A DNA stretch of 64,000 nt from an uncultured Aminicenantes bacterium (GCA_965195285.1 CBDAFS010000031.1:32001-96000); one strand, 5' to 3'; positions 29,630 through 40,681 are shown, counted from the stretch's first letter. The notes: generated by a model from the sequence alone, not told the origin. Made by a program: numbers and translations.

Positions 29630-31498
29630 ATGAAAAAATTTATTTTACTGATTTTGCTATTCTCAATAGGCTGTTTGTTGGTCAAGGCAGCCCAGCCAGC
29701 GGAAGTGAAGTTCCCCTCGATGGTTTTTAAAGGGAAAATATTGAAGTTGAAAGATATCGGGTTGTTTGACCGGATCTATGTGAACGGAACAGAAATAAAA
29801 TCCGATCAAATTGTTTTTTCACAAACCGGTACCCACACAATTACTGTGGTTCAGGGAGACCGTGAATTGATCTTCAGTGTATATTCCCTGGAAGGAATTC
29901 TTACCCTGCTTCCGCCCCTGATCGCCATTATTCTGGCCCTGATTTTCAAGGAAGTAGTGGTTTCATTGTTTGTGGGCATTTTTACCGGTGCCCTGCTGTT
30001 GAGCCGCTTTGATTTTATCAATGCCTTTTTTAATGTGATTGACAAATATATTATCAATGCCATTGCCGATAAAGACCGGGCTTCCATTCTGGTTTTCACC
30101 TTGTTGTTGGGCGGGATGGTGGGAATCATTACCAAATCCGGAGGCGTGAAAGGAATCGTTGAGGGTCTCTCACGACGGGTTAAGTCGGAGAGAGGCACCC
30201 AGTTTTATACCTGGTTGATGGGGATTTTGATATTTTTTGATGATTATACCAATACCCTGATCGTAGGGAACACCATGCGGCCACTTACGGATAAATGGAA
30301 AGTATCCCGGGAAAAACTCTCCTATATTGTCGATTCCACAGCTGCTCCCATGGCTTCCATTGCCCTGATCTCCACCTGGATCGGATTTGAAATCTCTTTG
30401 ATTGACCAATCGCTGAAAGCGTATGGATTTCAATATGATGCCTATCAGATTTTTTTGGCTTCACTGCCTTATCGATTTTATCCCATTCTGGCCTTATTAT
30501 TAGTCATGTTGGTTTTTACCCTCAGAAGGGATTTCGGACCCATGCTGAAAGCGGAAAAAAGAGCCAGCAGAGGCCAATTACTCAGTGATGAGGCTGTTCC
30601 CCTGGCTGATTTTGAGAGTTCCGGCCTGAATCCTTCGGAATCCACTCCGCACCGCTGGTTCAACGGTTTGATTCCCATTGTGGTGGTCATTGTTTTTACC
30701 TTCGGAGGGCTTTACATTTCAGGTGTGAACCGGTTGCTTTCCAATGGGAATCCGCTGGCAGAAAAATCATTTTTTCAGGTGGTTTTTTCCAGCAGTGGTT
30801 TTAAGGATCTGGGAACCATTATTTCCACGGCAAATTCTTTTGAAGTGCTTCTCTGGGCTTCACTGATGGGAGTCATTACCGCACTCGGTCTGGCTTTTTT
30901 TCAGAAGATACTGTCCCTGAGGGAAGGCATTTCATCCCTGGTTCAGGGAATGAAATCCATGATGATGGCCGTTGTTATTCTGGTTCTGGCCTGGTCGCTG
31001 GGAGTGGTATTAGTGGAATTACACACGGCAGATTTTCTGGTCTCTTTGTTGTCTTCATCACTCGACTATCAATTGTTTCCGGCCCTGGTCTTTGTTTTTT
31101 CAGCCCTTATTGCCTTTTCAACCGGAACGTCCTGGGGGACCATCGGGATCATGTATCCCCTGGTTATCCCCATCACCATCGGATTGGGCAGAGGTTTACC
31201 GGATTTAAAATACTTTATCATTCTCACCATTTCATCGGTACTGGCAGGCGCCGTGTTTGGAGATCATTGCTCCCCCATATCGGACACCACCATTATGAGC
31301 TCAATGGCCTCATCCTGTGATCATATTGATCATGTCAAGACCCAGATCCCCTATGCACTACTGGCGGCATCGGTTGCGCTTTTCTGCGGGATTATCCCGG
31401 TTTCCTATGGCTTTCCCTATATCCTGTCTGTTTTGATATCTGTTGGAATCATCAGCCTGATTTTACTGGTAGCGGGTAAGAAGAGCCGGGGAAACTGA
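29630..31498 (+). CDS. Na+/H+ antiporter NhaC family transporter
   Basis: FFDDY, DSTAAP, FSTGTSWGT, GDHCSPISDTT, DHVKTQ; upstream ATG 29609 sits inside a TTGAAA-17-TATGAT promoter, so the start was moved to MKKF. Confidence 0.88.
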   Translation: MKKFILLILLFSIGCLLVKAAQPAEVKFPSMVFKGKILKLKDIGLFDRIYVNGTEIKSDQIVFSQTGTHTITVVQGDRELIFSVYSLEGILTLLPPLIAIILALIFKEVVVSLFVGIFTGALLLSRFDFINAFFNVIDKYIINAIADKDRASILVFTLLLGGMVGIITKSGGVKGIVEGLSRRVKSERGTQFYTWLMGILIFFDDYTNTLIVGNTMRPLTDKWKVSREKLSYIVDSTAAPMASIALISTWIGFEISLIDQSLKAYGFQYDAYQIFLASLPYRFYPILALLLVMLVFTLRRDFGPMLKAEKRASRGQLLSDEAVPLADFESSGLNPSESTPHRWFNGLIPIVVVIVFTFGGLYISGVNRLLSNGNPLAEKSFFQVVFSSSGFKDLGTIISTANSFEVLLWASLMGVITALGLAFFQKILSLREGISSLVQGMKSMMMAVVILVLAWSLGVVLVELHTADFLVSLLSSSLDYQLFPALVFVFSALIAFSTGTSWGTIGIMYPLVIPITIGLGRGLPDLKYFIILTISSVLAGAVFGDHCSPISDTTIMSSMASSCDHIDHVKTQIPYALLAASVALFCGIIPVSYGFPYILSVLISVGIISLILLVAGKKSRGN

Positions 31499-31501
31499 AA
31501 G

Positions 31502-33145
31502 TCACGCCTTCATTTTCTCCCTGATTGATTTAAGGGATTCGATACCGATAAAGGCTCCCAGAATAACCAGAATAAAGGCGGTAATGGCCAGTACCGTATC
31601 TCCGGTGTTTTTTAAGAATCCTCCGATATATTGAAAAATTAACAGATAGAGCAGGGAGGCCTCGGTGACCAGCCACATGAAAATAGAGGGGATCAAGCTG
31701 TAGAGGACTGGCCTTTTAATGCCGGCAAAATAGGCTGTAACCGTAAAAAGTGCCAGTGCAGCGATTAATTGATTGGCGCTTCCAAATATGGGCCAGATGA
31801 TATTCCAGCTATTGGATTTGGCAAGCACATAGGCGAAAAGGACTCCAATCAACCCCGCTACCCAGCGATTGGACAGGGCAGACTTTTTTTTAAACAGGGA
31901 TTCCTGAAACACAAAACGACTCAACCGAACCGCGGTATCCAGGCTGGTCAGGACAAAGGCATTGAGCATCAATATCCCAAAGGATACGGCCAGGTCGAAG
32001 GGGATGCCGATGGCTGATACCGCCCGGCCGAAACCGTGGCCAAAAGCAATGATGGGGCCTTTTTTCATTAGATCCTGAAATATGAAATCAGATAATGCCT
32101 GGGGTGCTTCATTCCAGAACAGGGCCGAGGCCATCAGTATCAATACCAGCAGGGCCAGAACACCTTCAAAAATCATTCCACCGGCACCGATAAATTTGCC
32201 GCTGCTTTCCCGGTTTAATTGTTTGGCTGTGGTTCCGGATGCTACCAGTGAATGAAACCCGGAGATGGCACCGCAGGCCACAATCACAAACAGCATGGGA
32301 ATCAGGGGTGTGTTGCTGGAAATGAATACGGTATGGAATGGCCCGTTGATATTCGGATGAAGGATTATAAGCCCGGCATAACCCAGGATTAAGCCCACAA
32401 AAAGAATGGTCATTGACAGATAATCCCGGGGTTGCAGCAGTACCCATACCGGTATTGAGGAAGCAATATAGGCATAAAACAAAAAAACAAAAAACCAAAG
32501 GTCAAAAGAGGCCACAATTGGATAGCGGTAGCCCAGCTGGACCAGAAAGACAATGATCACCCAGGCGACCAGGGTGGCCGGAATTAAATTAATCCTGAGC
32601 CTGTAAACTGCCAGTCCAAATAAGGAGGCCAGGGCAACCAATCCCAGGGTGGGAATCACAATTTCAGGTTTCTCGGCCAGTGTTTTAGCTGTGATCACCG
32701 AGAAAACGGCTACAATCAGGACGAGGCTCAGCCAGACAAAGATGGAAAACATCCATTTTGCTGTTGGAGATATCACTTGACCTGAAATCTCGGTTATACT
32801 GATTCCCCGATTCCGGGTCGAAACCATCAATGAAAAATAGTCGTGAATGATACCGATGAAGGCGGTACCCAGAAGTATCCACAACAGTGCTGCCCCCCAT
32901 CCAAAAAGGGCGTAGGCCAGTATGGGGCCGACAATGGGCCCGGCTCCGGCAATGGAAGAAAAATGATGTCCGAACAAGAGGGGTTTCGGAGATGGTACGT
33001 AGTCTATACCGTCGTTCAGGACATGGGCCGGCGTTCTGCGGGTGTCATCCGGTTTGATGACTTTTTTATCGATTCGCTTTACATAAAACCGATAAATCAG
33101 GAAAAACCAGAGCAGTCCGGCAATCAGGATTAGGGTTGAATTCAC
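31502..33145 (-). CDS. cstA: Carbon starvation protein A family transporter
   Basis: GHHFSSIAGAGPIVGP, LLQPRDYL, ACGAISGFH, WPIFGSANQL; GTG start with GGAGG. Confidence 0.93.
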   Translation of the reverse strand: MNSTLILIAGLLWFFLIYRFYVKRIDKKVIKPDDTRRTPAHVLNDGIDYVPSPKPLLFGHHFSSIAGAGPIVGPILAYALFGWGAALLWILLGTAFIGIIHDYFSLMVSTRNRGISITEISGQVISPTAKWMFSIFVWLSLVLIVAVFSVITAKTLAEKPEIVIPTLGLVALASLFGLAVYRLRINLIPATLVAWVIIVFLVQLGYRYPIVASFDLWFFVFLFYAYIASSIPVWVLLQPRDYLSMTILFVGLILGYAGLIILHPNINGPFHTVFISSNTPLIPMLFVIVACGAISGFHSLVASGTTAKQLNRESSGKFIGAGGMIFEGVLALLVLILMASALFWNEAPQALSDFIFQDLMKKGPIIAFGHGFGRAVSAIGIPFDLAVSFGILMLNAFVLTSLDTAVRLSRFVFQESLFKKKSALSNRWVAGLIGVLFAYVLAKSNSWNIIWPIFGSANQLIAALALFTVTAYFAGIKRPVLYSLIPSIFMWLVTEASLLYLLIFQYIGGFLKNTGDTVLAITAFILVILGAFIGIESLKSIREKMKA

Positions 33146-33314
33146 GAATTTCCTCCTTATTGTATCATTATAAATTGATGCTTCCCGGTTTTCAATATTG
33201 AATTTATATTTATTTTATATTGCTTTCCATATTAGAATTTGGTATCTTAGTATCCTGACACAGATCAGAAGACTGAGATTTCTTTTTTTCAACAGTGTTC
33301 CGAGGAGGATTTGA

Positions 33315-33920
33315 ATGGTTACCAAGAAAGCGACCAATGTGGTCTGGCATGAGCATAAGGTTAAACCTCAGGATCGGGAAACCTTACTGGATCAAAAGGG
33401 TGTGGTGTTGTGGTTTACCGGGTTGCCTTCCAGTGGGAAATCCACCATTGCCAATGAAGTTGCCTTCCAGCTCCATAAGCTGGGGAAATTTTCCTATGTC
33501 CTGGATGGTGATAATATCCGGCATGGTTTGAATAAAGATCTTGGTTTTTCACCGGAAGACAGAGAAGAAAATATCCGCCGTATTTCCGAGGTGGCTCACC
33601 TGTTTGCGGATTCCGGAGCCATTGCCATTACCGCTTTTGTCTCACCTTACCGCAAAGACCGTGATTTCTGCCGCCAATTATTGGGGGGGGATCGTTTTTT
33701 TGAAATTCTGGTGAAAGCGGATCTGAAAACCTGTGAGAAGCGAGATCCCAAGGGAATGTATAAGAGAGCCATCAAAGGGGAAATCAAAGAATTTACCGGG
33801 ATTTCCGCTCCCTATGAAGAACCGTTGCATCCGGAAATCGTACTGGATACAGATTCCCTGAGTATTGAAGAAGAAACCGAAATGGTGATTGACCATCTTC
33901 GAAAAAAAGGAATCATTTAA
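33315..33920 (+). CDS. cysC: Adenylyl-sulfate kinase
   Basis: WFTGLPSSGKST, LDGDNIRHGL, RDPKGMY, FTGISAPYE. Confidence 0.95.
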   Translation: MVTKKATNVVWHEHKVKPQDRETLLDQKGVVLWFTGLPSSGKSTIANEVAFQLHKLGKFSYVLDGDNIRHGLNKDLGFSPEDREENIRRISEVAHLFADSGAIAITAFVSPYRKDRDFCRQLLGGDRFFEILVKADLKTCEKRDPKGMYKRAIKGEIKEFTGISAPYEEPLHPEIVLDTDSLSIEEETEMVIDHLRKKGII

Positions 33921-33988
33921 ATGGCTTGTTTTTCCGTATGTCAAACTGATTTTTTTTAATGTGAATAAAAAAAAACAGGAGAACCAAA

Positions 33989-35245
33989 ATGAAAAAATTT
34001 AAAAAACGGGCATTTTTTGTCGCTTTTTTCTCAGCTTTTTTGCTGGTTTTTTATGTAGCTATCAATGCAGTTCCTGCTCAAGATGAGAAAGATATAATAC
34101 AGAGAGTCAGGGCCGCCATTGTTGCCCGGGGTGCTGACTGGCAGGCCGGGGAAACTTCTATGACCGCGCTCTCGAAAGAGGAAAGGCAGAAGCGGCTGGG
34201 GGCCTTAATCCCGGAAATTGAAAACCCCAAAAAAATGATTTATTCTGGTCCTCTGGTTTCAACCCCGGTAAAGATGGATTGGCGGAACCAGCTGGGAGAA
34301 AATTTCATCAGTTCGGTAAAAAACCAGGCCAGCTGTGGCAGCTGCTGGGCATTTGCCATCGTAGCGGTCATGGAAGCCATGTACAACATTGAAAATTCCA
34401 CTCCCTACGGGCAGGGCAATTTTGTCTCCCAGAATTTTGAACTGGATCTTTCCGAGCAGTTCCTGGTTTCCTGTTCCGATGCCGGTGATTGTCAGGGGGG
34501 GTATCCCGATGAGGCTGCCGATTATATTAAGAGAAATGGTATTGCCAAGGAAGAGTTTTTACCCTATGCGGCTGCCGATGCTCCCTGTAATCCTGCCCCG
34601 GACTGGATCAATCAGATATACTCAATTGAAGACTGGGGATTTGTCACCCAGGGAATCGAAGATCGGGAAGCCATCTACAATGCCCTTCAAAATGGGCCGA
34701 TTTCTCTTTATATGGTTATCTACACTGATTTTTACAGCTATCAATCCGGAATATACGAACATACATTCGGTGAAGTTGAAGGCGGTCATGCCATACTGCT
34801 GGTGGGATATGATAAGGGTGGTAACTACTGGATTTGCAAGAATTCCTGGGGTGAGAACTGGGGAGAAAACGGATATTTTAAAATCAAGATGGGTCAATGC
34901 CAATCAGGAACCTGGATGGTTGCAGCCTGGGGAGTTATCCCCCCTTCATTTTATCCTCCGGCCAATGTAGCCGGTAGCAAGGTTGAAAATAAATCACTGC
35001 TTCTTAGTGAATATGGAAATTTGATTATTTGGGAACCCAATCCCATGAACACCGGGATCAATGTCACCAAGTACAGGATTTATGAACAGCAATATGGTCA
35101 CTGGATCCAGTTGGGCGAAGTGGATGCCAGTGAATTTGAATACTTTCACCGGAACATTGACCAGTATATGCAGCAGGAATATGCAGTCACAGCTATTTCT
35201 GATAACAACCAGGAAAGTTGTGCCGGATTTATCACCGTATTTTAA
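33989..35245 (+). CDS. Secreted papain-like (C1A) cysteine peptidase with C-terminal Ig/FN3-like domain
   Basis: NQASCGSCWAF, GGHAILLVGY, WICKNSWG; signal peptide. Confidence 0.92.
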   Translation: MKKFKKRAFFVAFFSAFLLVFYVAINAVPAQDEKDIIQRVRAAIVARGADWQAGETSMTALSKEERQKRLGALIPEIENPKKMIYSGPLVSTPVKMDWRNQLGENFISSVKNQASCGSCWAFAIVAVMEAMYNIENSTPYGQGNFVSQNFELDLSEQFLVSCSDAGDCQGGYPDEAADYIKRNGIAKEEFLPYAAADAPCNPAPDWINQIYSIEDWGFVTQGIEDREAIYNALQNGPISLYMVIYTDFYSYQSGIYEHTFGEVEGGHAILLVGYDKGGNYWICKNSWGENWGENGYFKIKMGQCQSGTWMVAAWGVIPPSFYPPANVAGSKVENKSLLLSEYGNLIIWEPNPMNTGINVTKYRIYEQQYGHWIQLGEVDASEFEYFHRNIDQYMQQEYAVTAISDNNQESCAGFITVF

Positions 35246-35292
35246 TACGGTTGATATAAATTTGGCCCCGCCTGGATCAGTGGGGATAGCGT

Positions 35293-36357
35293 ATGAGTGA
35301 GCCTGTTTATTTTATCAAAGTTGTTCATTCCGAAGAAGATTTGATTATCTCAAAAAAGATTCAAGAATTGATTCTAAAGCAAAATCTACTTTCATTTATA
35401 GAACCCAGGGATTTTGTGGCTATAAAAACCCATTTTGGCGAGGAGGGTACTCAGGGTTATGTGCGTCCATTGCATTTCAAGATGCTGGGCAAATTACTTA
35501 AAGATATCGGGGCTTTTCCCTTTTTAACCGAAACGTCAACCCTGTACCGGGGAAGACGCTCCAATGCCATTGAGCATATTCAACTGGCCTTTGAGCATGG
35601 TTTTTCAGTCCGGGAAACCGGACTGCCCATTATCATGTCCGACGGGTTATTGGGTGATGACGAGGTAGAAATTAATATAAATGCCAGAATATATCAGAAA
35701 GTGGGGATTGCCAAATTACTGGAGAAATCACAATCTATGGTTCTGGTATCTCACTTTACCGGCCATATGTTATCCGGTTTCGGGGCAGCGCTGAAAAATC
35801 TGGGTATGGGTTGTGCCAGCCGAAAAGGCAAGTTGATCCAGCACTCTACAGCCAAACCCTCCATCAAAACATCAAAGTGCACGGGATGCGGAGAATGTAT
35901 GAAGTGGTGTCCGGCCGATGCCATTACAGTGGTGGACGGAATTGCCCGGATTGACCGGAATGCTTGTATCGGCTGCGGGGAGTGTCTGGCCATATGCCGG
36001 TTTGATGCGGTGGGATATAACTGGTTGGAAACCCATGAAAATCTTCAAAAAAAAATGGTCGAGCATGCCCTGGGAGTCATGAAGTCCAAAAGGGGAAAGA
36101 TCATCTGTATCAATTTCCTGACCCGTATCACCAAGGATTGTGACTGCATGAGGGGGTATAACCGGATTGCGCCGGACATAGGGGTTTTGCTCTCCCATGA
36201 TCCGGTGGCTGTAGATGCCGCTTCTGTTGACCTGATTGAGAGAACCGTGGGGAAAAAATGGTCCCAGCTGACTTTTGATATTCCCAACCGGGTTCAGATC
36301 GAATACGCTGCCGAAATCGGCCTGGGCAACCCCGATTACCAACTGATGGAAATGTAG
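35293..36357 (+). CDS. DUF362 family Fe-S protein with 2x[4Fe-4S] ferredoxin domain
   Basis: KTHFGE, GAALKNLGMGC, two CxxCxxCxxxC motifs, DPVAVDAAS. Confidence 0.88.
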   Translation: MSEPVYFIKVVHSEEDLIISKKIQELILKQNLLSFIEPRDFVAIKTHFGEEGTQGYVRPLHFKMLGKLLKDIGAFPFLTETSTLYRGRRSNAIEHIQLAFEHGFSVRETGLPIIMSDGLLGDDEVEININARIYQKVGIAKLLEKSQSMVLVSHFTGHMLSGFGAALKNLGMGCASRKGKLIQHSTAKPSIKTSKCTGCGECMKWCPADAITVVDGIARIDRNACIGCGECLAICRFDAVGYNWLETHENLQKKMVEHALGVMKSKRGKIICINFLTRITKDCDCMRGYNRIAPDIGVLLSHDPVAVDAASVDLIERTVGKKWSQLTFDIPNRVQIEYAAEIGLGNPDYQLMEM

Positions 36358-36364
36358 ATCAAAA

Positions 36365-37831
36365 TCAATCCAATCGGTAATTGGGGGATTCTTCGGTGAT
36401 GATCACATCGTGAACATGGCTTTCCTTTAAAGATGCACCGGTCACCTTTATAAATTTGGCTTTCTTTCTCAATTCCTCGATATTTTTACACCCGGTCAAA
36501 CCCATTCCGGATTTTACCCCGCCCATCAGAAGCGGAACCAGCTGCATCACGCTTCCGCGATGGGGGACCCGACCCTCGATTCCTTCGGGGACCAGTTTGG
36601 ATTCCAAGATCTCATCATCCTGAAAGTACCGATCCTTGCTTCCGGCCTTCATGGCCGCAATTGAACCCATCCCCCGGTATTTTTTATAGGATCGGCCCTG
36701 ATAAATAATCAGTTCTCCGGGGCTTTCATCGGTTCCGGCCAGCAGGGAACCGATCATCACGCAATTGGCTCCGGCGGCAATGGCCTTGGTGATATCCCCC
36801 GAGAATTTGATCCCGCCATCGGCAATGATGGGAACTTTATCCTTAACGGTTTTGGCCACTTCCATGATGGCGGTAATTTGAGGCATCCCGGCTCCGGAAA
36901 TGATTCGGGTGGTACAGATCGATCCGGGCCCTACGCCAACCTTGATGGCATTCACACCCCGGTCAAGCAGATCGGCTGCAGCCCCGGATGTGGCGATATT
37001 TCCGGCAATGATATCAATGGTCGGGGATTTTCCTCTGATCATTTCAATGGTTTTGAGCACTTTTTTTGAGTGTCCGTGAGAGGTGTCAACCGCAATGACA
37101 TCAACCTTTTCATTGACCAGGGCCTGAACCCGCTCCAGGGTGTCATCCGCTGTTCCCACGGCTGCTCCCACTAAAAGCCTTCCGTATTTATCTTTGGAAG
37201 CGGTGGGAAATAATTCTGATTTCATGATATCTTTCAGGGTAATCAATCCTTTGAGTTTGTTTCGCTCATTTACAACCGGCAGTTTTTCGATCTTATTCAT
37301 GTGAAGCAATTTTTTGGCCTCATCGATGTTGATATCTTCCTGAACCGTAATGAGATTTTTGGCAGTCATGAAGTTTTTTATTTGCTGGTTTTTATCCGTG
37401 ATGAAGCGGATATCGCGGTTGGTCAGAATTCCGACCAGTATCCCCTGATCATCGACAATGGGAAGGCCGGAAAATCCCTTTTCTTTAATCAGCTGGATGG
37501 CTTCATATATTTTATTATGAGGCTTGAGGGTAATGGGATTTACAATGATTCCCGACTCGGATCGTTTTACTTTTTTAACTTCTTCGGCCTGCTGCTGGAT
37601 GGAATAATTCTTATGAATGATGGATATCCCCCCCAGTTGGGCCATGGCAATCGCCATACTGGATTCCGATACTGTATCCATTGCCGCCGAAACCACGGGG
37701 ATTTTCAAGTTTAGATTTGAAGTAAACCGGGCTGATGTATCGACTTTCTTGGGCAGGGCCTCCGAGTAATCCGGTACCAGCAGCACATCATCAAAGGTCA
37801 GTCCTTCATATTCAGAGAATTTGTTTTCCAT
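36365..37831 (-). CDS. guaB: IMP dehydrogenase
   Basis: [37 protein letters not shown]. Confidence 0.97.
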   Translation of the reverse strand: MENKFSEYEGLTFDDVLLVPDYSEALPKKVDTSARFTSNLNLKIPVVSAAMDTVSESSMAIAMAQLGGISIIHKNYSIQQQAEEVKKVKRSESGIIVNPITLKPHNKIYEAIQLIKEKGFSGLPIVDDQGILVGILTNRDIRFITDKNQQIKNFMTAKNLITVQEDINIDEAKKLLHMNKIEKLPVVNERNKLKGLITLKDIMKSELFPTASKDKYGRLLVGAAVGTADDTLERVQALVNEKVDVIAVDTSHGHSKKVLKTIEMIRGKSPTIDIIAGNIATSGAAADLLDRGVNAIKVGVGPGSICTTRIISGAGMPQITAIMEVAKTVKDKVPIIADGGIKFSGDITKAIAAGANCVMIGSLLAGTDESPGELIIYQGRSYKKYRGMGSIAAMKAGSKDRYFQDDEILESKLVPEGIEGRVPHRGSVMQLVPLLMGGVKSGMGLTGCKNIEELRKKAKFIKVTGASLKESHVHDVIITEESPNYRLD

Positions 37832-40420
37832 TTATCTCCTTCTTTTCTTCTTTTTTTTGCGCCTTTTGCTGGGCATCTTGGATGATGGCCGGGATAGTTT
37901 GGCCTTTTTCCTCTGCTTCCATTCCTCTATTTCTTCTTCCTCAACCGGGTGAAACAGAAATAAGAATTTTATCGCTTCATCATCAATGCGGGTCTGCAAT
38001 TCCTCGAATAAGCGAAAACTCTCTTTTTTGTATTCAATCAACGGATCCTTTTGGGCATAACCCCTCAATCCGATCCCTTCCTTGAGATGATCGATGTTCA
38101 GCAGGTGGTCTTTCCACTGCGAATCAATGATTTGAAGCATGATCATTCTTTCCAGTTCCCGCATCTGTTCCGAGCTGATGAGATCTTCTTTTTCCCGGTA
38201 CATGTTTTTCAGGTGTTTGAGTACGGTATCCCGGATTTCGATCTGGGGTAGGTTTTGGTAGTCTTCTTTAATGACTTCATTTACATTGAGACCAAACTGA
38301 GACATGATTTCTTTTTGAAATGATTCATAATCCCAGTCCTCCGGATCCTTATTTTCATCCAGGTTGTACTTCAGGATATCATCGAATATCTCTTCGGTTA
38401 AGGTTTCGATATGCTCCTTGAAATCTTTGCCTATCAGAATGTCCTTGCGCAGGGAGTAAATGGCCTGACGCTGCTTGTTCATCACATCATCATATTCCAG
38501 AAGGTGCTTTCGGATAGAAAAGTTTTGACTTTCAATTTGCTTCTGGGCATTCTCAATGGCTCTCGAAACCAGGCTGTTTTCAATGGGGACACCGTTGCTC
38601 ATTCCCGCCCTGACCAGCAGACCCTTGATTCGGTCGGTTCCCAGGATTTTCATCAGGTCGTCTTCCAGGGAAATATAAAATCTCGATGAACCCGGATCTC
38701 CCTGTCGGCCGGATCTCCCTCGCAATTGATTGTCGATTCGTCTGGCCTCATGTCTCTCGGTTCCCAGGATATGTACACCTCCCAATTGGATAACTGCTTC
38801 ATGTTCTTTTTTGACCTGATCCTGGATTTCCTTCTCCAACTGTTCTTTGATCACTTCGGGAGCGGTGTCAACGGAATAGTTCTTTTTCTTTAACGCTTCA
38901 CGAAAAAGGGCTTCTGGATTACCTCCCAGCAGTATATCGGTTCCCCGCCCCGCCATATTGGTGGCCAGGGTAACCGAACCGATTCTTCCGGCCTGGGCAA
39001 CGATTTCCGCTTCGCTTTCATGGTATTTGGCATTCAGGACCACATGGGGGATCTTTTGCCGCCTCAATTTTCTGCTCAATAATTCGGAGTTTTCGATGGA
39101 AATAGTTCCCACCAGTACAGGCTGCCCCTTTTGGTTGAGCTCTCTGATCTCATTGACAACCGCTTCCCACTTTTCCTCTTTGCTGCCGTAAATGACATCA
39201 GGGTATCCCGTTCTGATCAGGGTTTGATTGGTGGGAATTTCAATACTATCGAGATTGTATATGGAGGCGAATTCGGCTGCTTCTGTCATGGCCGTGCCGG
39301 TCATACCCGCCATTTTTTCATACATCCGGAAGTAGTTTTGAAAGGTAATGGAGGCCAGGGTTTGATATTCCTTTTCTATTTTTACATTTTCCTTGGCTTC
39401 CAGGGCCTGGTGAAGACCATCGGAATACCTTCTTCCCGGCATCACCCTTCCGGTAAACTCATCGACGATCAGCACCTGCCCCTCTTTCAGGAGATAGTCC
39501 ACATCGCCTCGGAAGAGCAGATGGGCCTTGAGGGCCTGGAAGATCTGATGGAGGGTGTCCATATTGGACAGGTCATAGAGATTTTCTATTTTAAAAAATC
39601 TTTCCGCTTCCTCGATTCCTTTTTCGGTGAGCACCACAGTCCTGGATTTTTCATCCAGTTCATAATTGGTAGGGTCACTTTTAGCCCGCTTTACAAAGTC
39701 ATTAACCGTATAGTAAAAGGAAGTGGATTCCTCTGTAGCCCCGGAGATGATCAACGGGGTTCTGGCTTCGTCAATGAGAATGGAGTCAACCTCATCAACA
39801 ATGGCGAAGTTGAATTCCCTCTGTACCAGGGAATCGACCTCGAATTTCATATTATCCCTCAGGAAATCGAAGCCGAATTCATTATTGGTCCCGTAGGTGA
39901 TATCACAACCATAGGCCTGTTTTCTCAGCGTTTCATCCATGTCGTGCTGGAGGGTGCCCACGGTTAAGCCTAAAAATTTATATATCCCGCCCATCCATTC
40001 GGTATCCCGCTTGGCCAGGTAATCATTGACGGTTACAATGTGTACGCCTTTTCCTTCCAGGGCATTCAGGTAGGAGGACAGGGTGGCCACCAGGGTTTTA
40101 CCCTCTCCGGTTTTCATTTCGGAAATTTTACCCTGGTGCAGAACAATGCCTCCCATGAGTTGAACATCGAAATGCCTCATGTTCAGCACCCTTTTCCCGA
40201 CTTCTCTGACCACGGCAAAGGCCTCGATCAGGAGGTCATCCAGAGACTCACCGTTTGATATCCGCTCTCTGAAGGTGTCGGTGTATGCCTTTAACTCCTC
40301 ATCGGTATGGGATTTCATCTTGGCTTCCAGATCATTGATGGCTTCGATGGTTGGAATTATCTTTTTCAACTCCCGTTCGTTCCGGGTTCCGAAAATTTTA
40401 TTAGCCAGATATTTGATCAT
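37832..40420 (-). CDS. secA: Preprotein translocase ATPase SecA
   Basis: MKTGEGKT, DEVDSILIDEARTPLIISG, ATNMAGRGTDI, RSGRQGDPG. Confidence 0.97.
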   Translation of the reverse strand: MIKYLANKIFGTRNERELKKIIPTIEAINDLEAKMKSHTDEELKAYTDTFRERISNGESLDDLLIEAFAVVREVGKRVLNMRHFDVQLMGGIVLHQGKISEMKTGEGKTLVATLSSYLNALEGKGVHIVTVNDYLAKRDTEWMGGIYKFLGLTVGTLQHDMDETLRKQAYGCDITYGTNNEFGFDFLRDNMKFEVDSLVQREFNFAIVDEVDSILIDEARTPLIISGATEESTSFYYTVNDFVKRAKSDPTNYELDEKSRTVVLTEKGIEEAERFFKIENLYDLSNMDTLHQIFQALKAHLLFRGDVDYLLKEGQVLIVDEFTGRVMPGRRYSDGLHQALEAKENVKIEKEYQTLASITFQNYFRMYEKMAGMTGTAMTEAAEFASIYNLDSIEIPTNQTLIRTGYPDVIYGSKEEKWEAVVNEIRELNQKGQPVLVGTISIENSELLSRKLRRQKIPHVVLNAKYHESEAEIVAQAGRIGSVTLATNMAGRGTDILLGGNPEALFREALKKKNYSVDTAPEVIKEQLEKEIQDQVKKEHEAVIQLGGVHILGTERHEARRIDNQLRGRSGRQGDPGSSRFYISLEDDLMKILGTDRIKGLLVRAGMSNGVPIENSLVSRAIENAQKQIESQNFSIRKHLLEYDDVMNKQRQAIYSLRKDILIGKDFKEHIETLTEEIFDDILKYNLDENKDPEDWDYESFQKEIMSQFGLNVNEVIKEDYQNLPQIEIRDTVLKHLKNMYREKEDLISSEQMRELERMIMLQIIDSQWKDHLLNIDHLKEGIGLRGYAQKDPLIEYKKESFRLFEELQTRIDDEAIKFLFLFHPVEEEEIEEWKQRKKAKLSRPSSKMPSKRRKKKKKRRR

Positions 40421-40429
40421 ATTGGATTT

Positions 40430-40457
40430 ATTATATCAGAAATGGATAACCATTCAA
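40430..40457 (-). promoter_or_regulatory. Promoter of secA close to the start codon
   Basis: Minus strand TTGAAT-16bp-TATAAT (extended TG)-9nt-ATG, no SD. Confidence 0.6.
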
Positions 40458-40536
40458 AATAGTAGGCGCACAATGTAATTCTACATATCAAACATTCCCA
40501 AAATCCAATACATAAAATTGAGAATCTCTAATTAGT

Positions 40537-40606
40537 GGGCAACCGAAAGGGATTGCCCCTACAGAATTTTGATTATATTTTGTAGGGGTAAGGCTTGCCC
40601 TTACCC
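40537..40606. repeat. Inverted pair of GTAG-type REP elements (REP doublet)
   Basis: Minus-strand GTAGGGGCAATCCCTTTCGGTTGCCC (40537-40562) and plus-strand GTAGGGGTAAGGCTTGCCCTTACCC (40582-40606); each is GTAG followed by a GC hairpin. Confidence 0.8.
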
Positions 40607-40681
40607 AAATTTTCAAATAAGGTGATGGGTTTTTGGGTTCTTATTTGCATTGTTTCTCTTTTTATTTTAAAATTTCCAAAG

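Noticed and set aside
33315-33920. Lone cysC as evidence of sulfate assimilation
   Set aside because: No ATP sulfurylase or reductase in the window; stand-alone APS kinases are common
34389-34970. 193-aa alternative-frame ORF
   Set aside because: Nested within the well-supported C1A peptidase; non-protein-like composition
39131-39967. 278-aa plus-strand ORF
   Set aside because: Antisense shadow of secA with no recognisable motifs
40462-40488. Possible third GTAG REP (GTAGGCGCAC...)
   Set aside because: No GC hairpin follows the GTAG; at best a degenerate remnant
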